Shown: positions 13,625 through 26,887, numbered from the whole stretch's first letter. The stretch: DNA of 63,772 bases, filler included, from Octopus bimaculoides (GCF_001194135.2; 5 parts of 4 records of this genome joined end to end with filler, not necessarily neighbours in it), one strand, 5' to 3'. Notes: generated from the letters alone by a model not told the origin. Numbers and translations are program-made.

Positions 13625-13636
13625 TTAATTAATTAA
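13625..13636. other. Assembly linker TTAATTAATTAA inside N gap (also 41355-41366, 56332-56343, 62488-62499)
   Basis: An identical 12-mer with stops in all six frames sits isolated between N runs four times. Confidence 0.9.
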
Positions 13637-13680
13637 NNNNNNNNNNNNNNNNNNNNNNNNNNNNNNNNNNNNNNNNNNNN

Positions 13681-13751
<71 letters not shown>

Positions 13752-14667
13752 GGCTGTGTGGTAAGAATTCTGCACATGGTCCGGGTTCGGTGCATTTGTC
13801 TTAATGTGGATACCACGGATGTAAAGTGTATGTGCGTGGGTGTGCGGATGTGTAAGTATACTGTGAACTAGACCAACGGCCAATAGTACCACCACCAACT
13901 ATCCACTAAGAAATTAATACCTCAAGATCTGCTAGTCTCTAACTTTACCTATCCTAGTAATGTATCTATAACAACCATTCTTTCCCCTTAACAACAGCAC
14001 CTATCTACACGTATCTCCCCCTCATTCTTCACCCCACCCCTTTTCTGCATTCCTAACAACCTTTTACAATTTCTACTCCCACATATTTGACCTCATCTTT
14101 TCCTTTTCTTAGTTCTTGGTCGTTTTTCTTTCTTCGAAGATTTTTTTTTTTATATATGTTCACTTCATCTGGCTTCAGCATTCATCTCAAATCACATCTG
14201 CGGTGAGTTAACTTGGAAATTTCAAGCGACAATGTGACCTTCATGTAATTAAGGTATTCTCGGCCTAGTGATTAGCTAAGTCGAGTATCCCTCGTTGAGT
14301 AATTATTACACCAGAGGATCAGCTAGCTTAGAAACATATGTAGCCTCGCTCTTACTCGTTCCACGTCTTCAATTTGAATTTTTATTCGCATTCACAGCAA
14401 CTCTATTTGCTGAACGTAAGGTATGCTGAAACTTTCAGCTTATCGAAATCCTTTGTAACTTCGATATAGGAAAAAGTGTGTAACCTTGGACATCAATAAA
14501 TTTTTATTGTTCCTGGCCGTACGTTGTCCACTTTTTTTGTGTGTTTTGATCAAGACAATCACATAAGCAGAACTTCAACTACTGCTCAAATTGGAATTTG
14601 GGTGGCACACCTATTTGAGCCCTCAAAACGCACGAAAACTACTCATATCCTTTCTATCTCACTCTCA

Positions 14668-14770
<103 letters not shown>

Positions 14771-15022
14771 CTGTCTGTCTGTCTGTCTCACACACGCGCG
14801 CACGAATATACATACATACACTCCACCCACTGATATATATGCTATGCGTGTGTTACTGTTTGTTTTGAATTATAAAAATTTAACTTTCAACTGAAAGATT
14901 ATAAATATCATTAGATGTATACACTATTACTCAGGTTTATGGCTCTCCGATTGGTTACGAGTTTGATATTTCCTTCCAATGAATATCAACATTATGAAAA
15001 GGTTTACTTCATTTAATACATG

Positions 15023-15238
15023 CGAGGGGTTGCTGAAAAGTTCCTGTCTTAGGATAAACGAAAATACAAGTGGATCAGTTAATTATGATTTTATTCAATA
15101 TATTCCTCTCTCAGATTCACACACTTATTGCAGCGGTTCTTCAGTTTTTCTAAGTCATGTAAAAGTACTCGGAAAGTTTGGCCTCCAACCAGGACTTTCG
15201 CGACAACCTTAAAACCAGGAAATTTTCAGCGCCCCTCG
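15023..15238. mobile_element. Mariner-derived MITE (about 216 bp)
   Basis: TIRs CGAGGGGTTGCTGAAAAGTTCCTG and CAGGAAATTTTCAGCGCCCCTCG, with TA on the right side (TG on the left). The interior retains the transposase C-terminal codons RCNKCVNLREEYIE* on the minus strand. Confidence 0.9.
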
Positions 15239-16040
15239 TAATTAAACATAAATTGCTTAAAACCATTATATTTTTATCATTTTATTTTACAAAACCAAAG
15301 AGATATGATTTTGTATTATAACTCACCCAACTAGAAATATCAACCAAATCTCCTTTAAAAACACACCCCGTCCCGCTGCAATTTTTGCCCGGGAAATATC
15401 CTTTTAGTGACGCATTTTGATTTTTAACAATATATTTCTGAGTTAAGCGAAACGAAATTCCTCTAGAATTGACCTTAAGAGCGACAGATACGTATTTCTC
15501 CGTTTTTGCGGCTCCTCTGTGTCACATACTTGTGTCACTTCCGAAACTACATCGGATCAGCTCGTCAAATGTATGTAGAGATAGTATATAAAGTATACAC
15601 TGGTTTGCAAAGGCGCCAAATAAGCAGACTGCTTCTATTGCATAATTAAAATTACAGCCTGTCACTTTTCAAAGTAGCAGTATTGGGTAAATTGTATTTG
15701 AAATAGAAACGGTATTATCACGGCTTGTATACTTTTGTATACTCAACAACAACCTGAAAAAATAAACACAAAAAAACAACAAAAAACAAAAACAAAACAA
15801 ACAGTAGATTACTTTTATCGAAAATCTGTGTTCGTTTAACGTACTATTCATAAATGAGCTAATCGGCTGTTATTCACATATGTTGAAATAAAATATCTTG
15901 TCGCCCCGATTCTCAATGATTAAAAATAAGCTAAACGAAAGACATGTCGCATTTCATAGCGTTAACCTAAATATAATGTCACCATTCTGACATGCCATGA
16001 AATTGTGATCGTCAGTAAGTATTTCATGACATAAAGACAA

Positions 16041-16180
16041 GAATTAGACGCCTTACCAATATTAGCATTTCAGACTTGCTACATTAAAAGTGCAAACAAT
16101 TTTAAACATGAGGATTAGATGCCTTACCAGTATTAGAATTTTAGGCTTGTTATATTAAAAGTGCACACAGTTCTGAAACA
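16041..16180. repeat. Two-copy tandem repeat, about 71-bp unit
   Basis: GAATTAGACGCCTTACCAATATTAG...ATTAAAAGTGCAAACA is repeated as GGATTAGATGCCTTACCAGTATTAG...ATTAAAAGTGCACACA. Confidence 0.85.
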
Positions 16181-17285
16181 AAAAGAAAAGGTTCTGTCGT
16201 GACAAGAATTTAATTAGGGACAGTTCCACTTAAGTAAATTTCTTTGGTTGGACTTTTGAGTTTCTTTATAAAACACTTTAAGATATTTCAAGTTACAAAG
16301 GAGTAGAGACACCCTGGAGAGACGAAACTTATAAAGTTGTATTATNNNNNNNNNNNNNNNNNNNNNNNNNNNNNNNNNNNNNNNNNNNNNNNNNNNNNNN
16401 NNNNNNNNNNNNNNNNNNNNNNNNNNNNNNNNNNNNNNNNNNNNNNNNNNNNNNNNNNNNNNNNNNNNNNNNNNNNNNNNNNNNNNNNNNNNNNNNNNNN
16501 NNNNNNNNNNNNNNNNNNNNNNNNNNNNNNNNNNNNNNNNNNNNNNNNNNNNNNNNNNNNNNNNNNNNNNNNNNNNNNNNNNNNNNNNNNNNNNNNNNNN
16601 NNNNNNNNNNNNNNNNNNNNNNNNNNNNNNNNNNNNNNNNNNNNNNNNNNNNNNNNNNNNNNNNNNNNNNNNNNNNNNNNNNNNNNNNNNNNNNNNNNNN
16701 NNNNNNNNNNNNNNNNNNNNNNNNNNNNNNNNNNNNNNNNNNNNNNNNNNNNNNNNNNNNNNNNNNNNNNNNNNNNNNNNNNNNNNNNNNNNNNNNNNNN
16801 NNNNNNNNNNNNNNNNNNNNNNNNNNNNNNNNNNNNNNNNNNNNNNNNNNNNNNNNNNNNNNNNNNNNNNNNNNNNNNNNNNNNNNNNNNNNNNNNNNNN
16901 NNNNNNNNNNNNNNNNNNNNNNNNNNNNNNNNNNNNNNNNNNNNNNNNNNNNNNNNNNNNNNNNNNNNNNNNNNNNNNNNNNNNNNNNNNNNNNNNNNNN
17001 NNNNNNNNNNNNNNNNNNNNNNNNNNNNNNNNNNNNNNNNNNNNNNNNNNNNNNNNNNNNNNNNNNNNNNNNNNNNNNNNNNNNNNNNNNNNNNNNNNNN
17101 NNNNNNNNNNNNNNNNNNNNNNNNNNNNNNNNNNNNNNNNNNNNNNNNNNNNNNNNNNNNNNNNNNNNNNNNNNNNNNNNNNNNNNNNNNNNNNNNNNNN
17201 NNNNNNNNNNNNNNNNNNNNNNNNNNNAAAAATGAAATGAAAACGTTATCGATTGCTTTCTTTTCTTCTTTAGTTTAAAAGTAAT

Positions 17286-17502
17286 CTTTTATCTTTTATC
17301 ATTTATTTGGTTCAGTCATTAGACTGCGGCCATACTGGGGCACTGCATTGAAGAAATTTTAGTCGAATGTATCGACTCCCAGAACTTATTGTTTTTAAAG
17401 CCTGATACTTATTCTATCGGTCTCTTTTGCAGAACTGCCACGTGGACATAAGCTCACCAGCACCGGTTAGGCGGTGATGGGGTACAAATACAGACACTAA
17501 AG

Positions 17503-17540
<38 letters not shown>

Positions 17541-17557
17541 CGATGGGCTTCTTTCAG
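17286..17557 (-). mobile_element. SINE family A (octopus SINE with internal microsatellite), 5'-truncated
   Basis: Tail TTCAGTCATTAGACTGCGGCCAT..TATTCTATCGGTCTCTTTTGC, then (CA)n(TA)n, then CGATGGGCTTCTTTCAG. Confidence 0.9.
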
Positions 17558-18216
17558 AGCAGCGCATCCTTCGTACAATTCTCTAAAAGCTTTGGTCAAA
17601 TCAAAGTTGCGACGGAAAATAATTACTCACCTTCTGTCACAAGATGGTTGCCCATCACGCAATGGCTTGAAGATAAAATCACACACATGTAAAGTAAACG
17701 TGTTACCAACCAATTACAACAAATTTAATATATAATCTTTTCACAGAAATAAAATTAAACGTACCCGTAACCCTAATTTTTTGTCTCATCACCAACGAAA
17801 AAAACTCGCCTTCGTGCATTTTAAACCAACGGAGTCCCTATACATCTGCAGAGGTTATTCAGGAGTCGGAATTAAGTCGACATTAAAATCGGAACTCATA
17901 CTTGAGTTGCCTTGTCTGGAGTTTATAAAAGGATGCGTTGTTCGTGCAAGGGCGCTGACAGTTGTACGATCAGTATGAATAAGTAAATGTCATTTGGTGG
18001 ATGCAGGGACGAAAACGGTTATGGAATCACACTTCTGTCTTTAGTGAACCAAGCAAATGTATGCGTAATATATGCGTAAGAAACCTTTGCAAGGAGTGAC
18101 AGACTGGAGATGGTGGAAATCGACGCCCCTGAGAAGGGCTGCCGACTTTGTTGTTTCCTCAATTCATGTAGAGGAACTATTTTGTAAAATATTTTCTATT
18201 ATTTCATGAATTTTTA

Positions 18217-18415
18217 AGGTAAGCTGGCAGAATCGTTACCATGAGGGGCAAAATGCTTGGAATTTCCTCAAGTTTAACCTTCTCAGTTCAAATTCTGCCG
18301 AGTTCGATTTTGGCTCTCATATTTCTGGGGTCAATAAAATAAGTACCAGTCGTTCACTAGGGTCGATGTAGTTGACAAGATTTCAACCCTTGTGCCTATA
18401 GCAGAAAGAATTATT
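18217..18415 (+). mobile_element. SINE family B
   Basis: AAGCTGGCAGAATCGTTA..AGTTCAAATTCTGCCGAG..GATAAAATAAGTACCAG-like..GCCTATAGCAGAAAGAATTATT. Confidence 0.85.
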
Positions 18416-18841
18416 CCATGAAGCCTATAAAAAAAAAGATGAAAAGGATATCAGGCCCTGTGAATTGTAATGTCTGAGGATCAATAAAGAAATTATAATT
18501 GACTCCTGTCGGTGTTTTTCTTTCATCATTTACCTTTCTTGTTTACCCCTCCTTTCTCTCGGTTAGCCTTGATTCAGTCGACCTATGATCAAAAGCGTGT
18601 TAACCGCGTAAATCATTATTTTTTTCTTGACATAATCTACATGAAACTACACGATCTAATATTTGTTATTTTTTAAAGAGTGTGGAATATAATTTAAGGG
18701 AGATTTAGTTACTATTTCTAGCATATCGAACGACCACTCAAAGGTATCTTCATTGGCTTGGTTCAGATGCCTTGCGCTCCTCAGTTGCTTGGTATTGCAG
18801 GTTTTTCTGTAATTGTTACCTAAGATACATAAATGCTGTTC

Positions 18842-19030
18842 ATTATTTACATTATTTACATTTGACGGCTATTTGTCCTCATCTTGTTTGTTGTTATATC
18901 CTCCAGTTGGAGGATGGAGGGTATATCAGCCGAAACGCTGTGTTAACAACAAATAAGATGAGGACGAAAATCCGTCAATTGTGGATAATGTAAATAATGT
19001 AAATAATTCATCTCTTAAATATAGAACTGT
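18842..19030. mobile_element. Penelope-like repeat, head-to-head inverted fragments (same family as 56810-56974)
   Basis: 18842-18906 is the reverse complement of about 18943-19007 plus the hammerhead loop. The right arm has CAGCC-GAAAC-GCT-GTGTT and ends at CTCTTAAATATAGAACT, as at 56974. Confidence 0.8.
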
Positions 19031-19573
19031 ATTATAAATGCTGTTATTCTTTAACCTCACATCACCTTTTACTGTCTTAAAATAGGAAGGATACATTGAA
19101 CATTATAATCCTTGATATGCAAAAAAGGTTTGATGGTCATGACTGGAATGCCTTTCATCAAAGGTCTTCTGTTTTAAAGAAATTTTGTAGCGGTAAGACT
19201 TCTAAATATAAAATGTCGTTCGGCACCAACATAAATGAATTCTAGCATCTTCGATTCAGCAATTCCTCCGGGGAGTTTTTCTAACTCTTCCTAAGACCGT
19301 TCCAGATCAAAGGAGATAATCGTTTAGTGTGAATGTGGTAATCATGACATTTTCAGCAATAACAAATAAATATTTGAACATAAAAGTAATAACAAAACTA
19401 TGCAATTCATTTCTAGAATATATGTCTGTTAAATGTTACCATTTTTAGATAGCGCGTGCGTCTTATGATATTTTTGTTACTGCTTTTTACAGCAAAATAA
19501 TATACATGATCGTTTTTCTGATCTGTTGACAATGACCCAAATACTATACGGATATTTAGCTTGATGTAATATT

Positions 19574-19925
19574 AATTTCAAATTTTGGCACAAGGCCAGC
19601 AATTTCAAGGGGAGGGGTAAGTTGATTACATTGACTTCAATGCTCAACTGGTACTTATTTACCAACCCTGAAAAATGAAATCAAAGTCTACACCGGCAGA
19701 ATTTGAACTCAGAACGTAAAAACGGACGAAATGCCACTAAGCATTTTACCCTGCGTGCTAACGGTTCTGCCAGCTTACTGCCTTAGTTTGATGAAATATT
19801 CTTTTCTACTCTAGGTACAAGGCCCACAATTTGGGGTACTTAATTTATCGACCCCAAAAGGATGAAAGGCAAAGTCAACCTCGGTGGAATTTGAACTCAG
19901 AACATAAAGGCAGACGAAATAGTTT
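19574..19925 (-). mobile_element. Two adjacent SINE family B copies (one partial)
   Basis: Both contain GAATTTGAACTCAGAAC (B-box, reverse) and the GTACTTA..TATC core. Confidence 0.85.
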
Positions 19926-20838
19926 GATGTAATATTGGTTGGTGACAATCATCATTTTAGTCAAAAGAAACAGTTTCTAAAATACTATCTTTTGCATTCC
20001 ACTCGAGAATGAAGAAATAATTTCCAGATTATTGTTACAGATAATCACAGACGTTAACCATTCGATCACTAAGTCCCAATATGGTATTATAAGTACCATC
20101 ATAATTCAGGCTTCTTTAATTCAGCTACTGTAACAAAAGTTTTTTTTTTTAAATGCCAAATTTCGTGCTACAATGAGTGTCCAGTCAACAAGCTATGACA
20201 GTGTCCTAGCTCTGCAAATAAGGAGAAATTTTCGTCTGATTTAGATAATATTGAAAGTTGTTTAGTATATTTTTCAAATATTGTATGGGGTTATGTATTC
20301 CGCACAGAACACTTAGATGGTTTTCCGAACCAGAAACTATGGTTTGATAAAAAATATCAAACAAAACTGGAAGTACGCACCATTGCTTTCCGTTCAGGTG
20401 TGTCAAATCCATTGAGCGGCATTTTAAAAAGAAGTCGGTAAAAGAAACTTTTGCTGTTTAAAAGAAAGGTTGGAAAACATCACACACTACAAAAAATCAA
20501 TAAACAAATATAGTAAAGCAAAAATCAGTTGATACAAAAAAATAATCACTTAAAAAAAAGAACAGAGGGCTATAAGCAACTCCATGTAGTAAGTACTTGT
20601 TATAACAATTTTGTAGTCAGGAAGAATAAAGAAACCGGATTTTATTCTGGGCAATGACAACGCTCTCGTAGAATCAGGGATGGGCTGAAAAATATATTTA
20701 CAACTACAACCTTTCATAAGATGAGGGTTTCGAAGATTATTCCAGCCTAAGTAATCAAAAGACTTTTTTTTCACAACATAACTACTCTTTGATATTCAAT
20801 CATGTCTCATTTCTTTCGTAATTTACCGCACACAAAAA

Positions 20839-21205
20839 GGCGGCGAGCTGGCAGAAACATTAGGACGTCGGGCGAAATTCTTAGCGGTATTTCGTCTGCC
20901 GCTACACTCTGAGTTCATATTCCGTCGAGGTCAGTTTTGCCTTTCATCCTTTCGGGGTCGATAAATTAACTACCAGTTACGCACTGGGGTCGATATAATC
21001 AACTTAATCCCTTTATCTGTCCTTGTTTGTCCCCTCTGTGTGTACCCCTTGTGGGCAGTAAAGAAATAAGAAACATTAGCATGCCGTGCGAAATGCTTAT
21101 CTGTATTTCGTCTGTCTTCATGTTCTGAGTTCATATTCCACCCAGGTCGACTTTACCTTTCATCCTTTCGGGGTTGATAAATTAAATAATCGACTGTCCC
21201 CCTCC
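20839..21205 (+). mobile_element. Tandem dimer of SINE family B
   Basis: Monomer 1 (20839-about 21070) ends AAAGAAATAAG and runs directly into monomer 2 at GAAACATTAGC. Same junction as 62846-63300. Confidence 0.9.
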
Positions 21206-22063
21206 CCAGCCGATAAACTGACGTACACAAATCTGAATTGAAAACGATCGTGGGTATCACGAGTAACAACGTCGCCTAACGGTAGATATTGGAACTACAG
21301 TGCAATATGAGCTCCTCCGAAAGACTGATGAATAAGACAACACAGCTGATTTCATGATTTCGGTCACTCAGCGGCACTACTTTCTGGTGTGCAGCTTAAT
21401 ATTTACTGTACATATTTTTATATGATTTTATTCTTATTTATTGTACAGTAACATGATTCTATGTGCTTTTAACGGTTTTCTAGTGATTTTACGATTCCAA
21501 TATTTGTGGCGGTCAGACGTAAAACCGAGTAAATTGAATTAACTTGATTTTTATTTTTCCATGTTATTTTTGAAAACTGACGTATCAAGAACGACTTAAG
21601 CCGAGGTATGTCTGTATTACGTTATTATTTTTCATTTTGTTATTTTTCATTTTGTACGTTGTACGTGTGTATTCATCATTATCTTATTTGTTTTATTCAA
21701 TTTTAGAATAATTGAAGCATGTATTGAAGCATGTATTGTACTTATTGTGCGTGACTTGTGGTCCACTCTGTATTTCCAAGATTTTTTTTGTCTTTTTACG
21801 TCTGACTTTCGCTTCTTAGTGTACAAACTCCTGAAGACCGATTCTGAAACTTCAGTATTTTTCTTCAGACAATTTCACCAGTAGCTGCACGTGAAGTCTT
21901 CTAATCAATCGACTCCTATGCTCAGTTTAACATAAAATTGCCGCAAGATTGGAATGTGAGTATATTGATCTTACTCCTATATGAGCAAGTACGGCTACAA
22001 TGTTGTTCAGGATTGTTATCATGCATTAAAGTTCACTTATACAGCTGTCACATAGGCATATGT

Positions 22064-22372
22064 GGAGGCGCAATAGCCCAGTGGTTAGGGCAGCGGACTC
22101 GTGGTCGGAGGATCGCAGTTTCGATTCCCAGACCGGGTGTTGTGTGTGTTTATTGAGCGAAAACACCTACAGCTCCACGGGACTCCGGCAGGGGGTGGTG
22201 GCGACCCCTGTTGTACTTTTTCGCCCCAACTTTCTCTCACTCTTTCTTCCTGTTTATTGAGTAATGCTGCGATGGAATGACGTCTCGTCCAGCGGGGGGA
22301 ACACATACGCCATAGATACCGGGACCGGACCCATGAGCCTGGCTAGGCTTTGAAAGGGCGTATAAATAAAAC
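22064..22372 (+). mobile_element. tRNA-derived SINE, head H1 + tail T2, full length
   Basis: A box TAGCCCAGTGG, B box GTTTCGATTCC, the H1 body to about 22255, then the tail ..CATGAGCCTGGCTAGGCTTTGAAAGGGCGTATAAATAAA. Confidence 0.9.
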
Positions 22373-22639
22373 AACAAAAAAACAGACAAATAAAGCTGTT
22401 ATTAGAGAATTATAAACAGAAATAATATGCCGTAATTCTTTCGATCATGGCGTCCAGAGTTTTCTCATGAGGATGCAAAATTAACAACTTGGACCGAAAT
22501 GTGAAGGAAATGTTAACTTCAGAAAGGAGTAGGATGTTGATCCTCTTCAAATTTCAGGATGTGTAAATATCAGTGAATCTTTCCGACCAGAAACTTCTCA
22601 CCTCCTGCAAAATGTAGACAAGAGCAAACAACAACAAAT

Positions 22640-22820
22640 TTCAAATTTGGCACATGGCCAGCAAGGATAAGTCGATTTACATCGACCTCAGTGTCAAAGT
22701 GGTACTATTTCATTGCCCCTGAAAGGCAAATCTCGACGGGATTTGAACTCGGAATGTAAAGACGGACGAAATGGCGCTAAGCATTTTGTCCGACGCGGAA
22801 ACGATTCTGTCTACTCACCA
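22640..22820 (-). mobile_element. SINE family B, degraded
   Basis: GATTTGAACTCGGAATGTAAAGACGGACGAAATGGCGCTAAGCATTTTG..AACGATTCTG. Confidence 0.8.
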
Positions 22821-23999
22821 CCTTAGTACACTGTATTATATTGCTGTGTCTTTAATTGTTTATATATATTATCTTTGTAATCTAAGCTTTTATATTTCGT
22901 CTTTGAGCTCTGTCAAGATATATTTCAATACATGTACCTCGCTTCAGCTTTTGATAACTCATATAATTCTATTCCATTGTATTTTAGTTTAGTCTATTTC
23001 ATTAGAATTAAAAATCTATTTGGAGTATCTCATCTGTAATATATTAATGAATTAAATTAACGATTCAGTCCATGTATTTCTATTTTATTCTGTAGGAGGT
23101 TGTCAACCGAATAGCCTTACTCTAATTAGAGAAAGAAGACTGACTATCAATTTAATTATATATTATCGTGATGCTTTCTTCCCATTCATTCAACAGACAA
23201 TTATACGTACGAAAACATTAATTGAAATCTATAGCAATAAAAATACATAGGTATGAACGTGGGAAAATAAGCTTAAAAGGTTTTCGATGGGTTGTTAATT
23301 AAGTACCGAGGATAGGTTAAGTCGGAATTGAAAGGACGTCGGACTCAAATGCTTTACGTTATCTGTTTAAATCTTTTTATGTCCTGATTTCAAATCCCAC
23401 GTGGTTCGACTTTCTGGAGCGAGATAAAATTAATACCAGCATGCGTTAGGTTGATCTAATCGGCTGTTTTCGCGTTCAAGAATTTGAGGTTTTCTATCGG
23501 CATTAGAAAACATTCAAGATAACAATACCAGCGCGGGAATGAAAGTGCGAGGCCTAGTAGTTAGGAGTGTTCGGCTTGTGATCGTAGGTTCAATTCCAGG
23601 ACTAGGCTGTGCGCTGTGTCCCTAGAGCAAGGTATTTCATTTCATGTTACTCCAGTCTTTGCAGCTGCTATGAGTAGCAACTGAGTAGTGGTGCATATCT
23701 CTCTCCTTCTAGCTGTTACATCTTAGATGTCGAAGGTGAAGGGACCGAGAGGTTGTCAGTATTTTCTCACAACTGTGTAAACTAGATTACTTTACTTTTG
23801 ATTTGACTATGAAATATCTCCTCTTACTCATGGAAAACAAAATTCATTACCAAAACCTTTAGCTTAACCTTGATTTTAGTAACAATCGAAGTCGTATTTT
23901 TAATTTGATATGTCTCTCTTCAACCTTTCATATTACAAAATTTGCCTGACCTCTTTTCGTTCAGTGTGATATTTCTTCTGCTTGAATTTCTTTGCCAAT

Positions 24000-24051
<52 letters not shown>

Positions 24052-24171
24052 ACCAACAATCGCAATACTAATTGTGAATGACCAAAGGACTCTGAGTCTC
24101 CTTGCCGTTTCTTCTTACTTATCTGACTCCTTCCTTTCAAGACTGAGTTCACATATTATGAGTTATCTATG

Positions 24172-24480
24172 ACGGTGCGTAGCTCAGTGGTTAGAATGTT
24201 GCGCTCACGATCGCAAAATAATGGTTTCGATTACCGAATCGGGCTATACATTAAATTCGGAGCAAAACACTTCATCTCACGTTACTCTGCGATCATTTCG
24301 ACACCTGTCGTGTGGTACACCATGCATCTGTTCTGCAATATCGTTTCGATGGAAAGATTGAGCTAAGGTACAGCAAAAACATTTAATCACCGTTGAAAAA
24401 ATCATCTGCACAAGTTGTTCAGCAAGAATTTGCGGAACCATCCTCCATCGTCTAGGTCAGAGAATCCATCATAATTAGAA
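24172..24480 (+). mobile_element. tRNA-derived SINE, H2-like head + distinct tail T4
   Basis: A box TAGCTCAGTGG, B box GGTTTCGATTACC, and the core remnant ACTTCATCTCACGTTACTC, followed by a tail not seen elsewhere in the window. Confidence 0.65.
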
Positions 24481-26614
24481 GTCTCATAATGCTTAATTAT
24501 CTTGAAGGACTTTAAAATTTCATTTTACATTTGCGTTGTTTGGTTTCGAAAGGTCAGTCCTACACAGAATTTCTATCAAAGATCATGTGTCTTAGATTTA
24601 ATTAGTTTTTGGTTATCATGAAATATAAATGCTTACATGAATTCTTAAAGGAAAAATATAGCACTAATTAATGAGATTCTTTCAGTTACATTTGTACAGA
24701 AATTAATATCTTATTTTATAATATGCTTCTACTTCTCTCCTGATCGAATATGGAGTATGACGTTTATCTTCTTCATGTTAATAGCTTTAATCTTAAAGTA
24801 TTTGTAATAGTATCAAATCACTTCAACTTTCTCTGTTTTAACGTCTATGAATTAAACTATTAATGAGGGTGTAAGAAATATGAAACTACTATCAGAAGGA
24901 ACATTCAACTCCCGCTTATGAAAATGAATAAAGCAACTCTGAAAGTGCTGAGCTCAGCAAAATTTAGCTAAATCTATTCCAAAGTTAGAAAAACCCCGAT
25001 TAAGTGTTTAATGATATCTTAATAATATACAATTTAAATTTGAGAAAACTTCAATGACAAAGTATAGCAAAACCCCTCTGGTTTTGATTAATGGTGTTGT
25101 TGTTGTTGTTTATTTATAGGTCAATCCGGATTGAGCAAACCTATGACCAAAAGTATTCCAGCCGTGGCTGTCTTTTTGGTATGTCTAGGATTACGTTGTC
25201 CAATGTATTCTTTCATTTTTAAGATAATAAGGTGTAATACGAGGCAAGTTTTGGTAGTTATTTTAGCAGGTCGTACAACAACCAAAGCCTCTTCTGTTGG
25301 CTTCTATGAATAAGATTGTTGCCTTTTGGTCCCAGGTGAGCACTAATATGAGCAAACCTATGACCAAAAACGTTTTAGCTTTAATCAGCTCGTCTGGTTT
25401 GAAACAGGATATATAGAACTGTGTTATCCTGTGCCCGAGTCCTTTTTTTAACGAAGTATCGTTTTGTTGGAAATATTAGCAGCTATTTCAAGCCTATTAA
25501 GCAACCAATAGAGGTTCTTTCATTGGCTCTCTTAGCTAAGTTTGATCTATATTACTTAGTTGATGATACTTCTAAGAGACGAGTAAGCAAAGCTTTCTTT
25601 TAATTAAAATTTTCCATAATAAACTTATTTCCTGTAGTCAGCATTATTAAGGAATATAGAATATTTGTAAAGTTCCGAAATTCTTCTGTTCTAATGTTAT
25701 TTAGATTAATTATAGATTAAAATATAATCAAGATAATTAAATTAGGCACAAGTTGTTCACATCAAGTTTTACTTATAGATTAAAGTTTCTCAAGCGTTCA
25801 CATTCAATTTTGTTTAGAAATTAAACATTTATTCTGGAGTTTTATGTTACCTGAATCCTAATTTTACTTAGTCCTCTTATCGAATATAGAAGATAAATTT
25901 TCAATGTGAATCCTCATTCCAGATGAGAAGTGACCACTGCTAGTGAATTAAGTTAAAAACTAGAAGAACTAAGCTTCTTTTTGAGTAATGTCAATGTTAA
26001 AAAAAAAGGAAAAGAAAGAAAAGAAGACACCTCTCAACATTGAACTGAAGGAGTTTTACCAGCAGGTTTAACAAGAAACTATGAAAGACGTCAGGTGCAA
26101 TGACCTAGAAATAGAAACGTAAGCCAGTGTTTCCATGAAACAATGATATCTTTTGTCTTGTTTTATTGCCGTCTAACACTAACTGACCTGGCGAGATGTG
26201 ATCTAAAATGTTTTTGAGATAAGGAGAGGGATTGTTGGAAATTATCCAGTCAGCAGCCATAAAGAAACTATAACAGACGCAATTGTCTCTTTCACACAGT
26301 TAGTGCTAATTTACTTGTTAAGGATGGGAGCTGAATACAGTAAATATTTATCTACACTCAAAGCTATGAACCAATGAAAGAGCCTTTATTAAGGGTGGGG
26401 ATACTTTTTTTAATACCAGGGGACAATTGCAAGTACATAAGAAAATTGGAAGTGTATCGCTTCTGTGCTCAGAAAAATAATGAATCTTTGATTTTATCAA
26501 TGCAAATGCTTTCAACTTATATTCAATTACTGTTCGGATGATTTTTAACGTTTAAACCGTTCTTGCCATATTTTCTTCCTTTTATAGAGGCATTGTTACC
26601 TGGCGGTTTCAGAG

Positions 26615-26832
26615 TCTTTTTTATCTGTTTCAATCATTAGACAGCGGACATGCTGGGGCACCGCCTAGAAGAACTTTTAGTCGAATGAATCGACCCCGGT
26701 ACTAATATTTTAAAGCCTAGTACTTATTCGACCGGTCTCTTTTGCTGAACTGGTCGGTTACCGGTTCGTAAACAAACCAACTCCGGTTGTCAAGTGGTGG
26801 TAGGAGTAGGGAGAGACACAAACACAAAAACA
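26615..26832 (-). mobile_element. SINE family A 3' half
   Basis: CAATCATTAGACAGCGGACATGCTGGGGCACCGCC..AGCCTAGTACTTATTCGACCGGTCTCTTTTGC. Confidence 0.9.
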
Positions 26833-26836
26833 CACA

Positions 26837-26887
<51 letters not shown>

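Noticed and set aside
13625-13636. Palindromic TTAATTAATTAA repeated four times, resembling a homeodomain site or recombination site
   Set aside because: Always isolated within N runs, so it is a six-frame-stop assembly linker.
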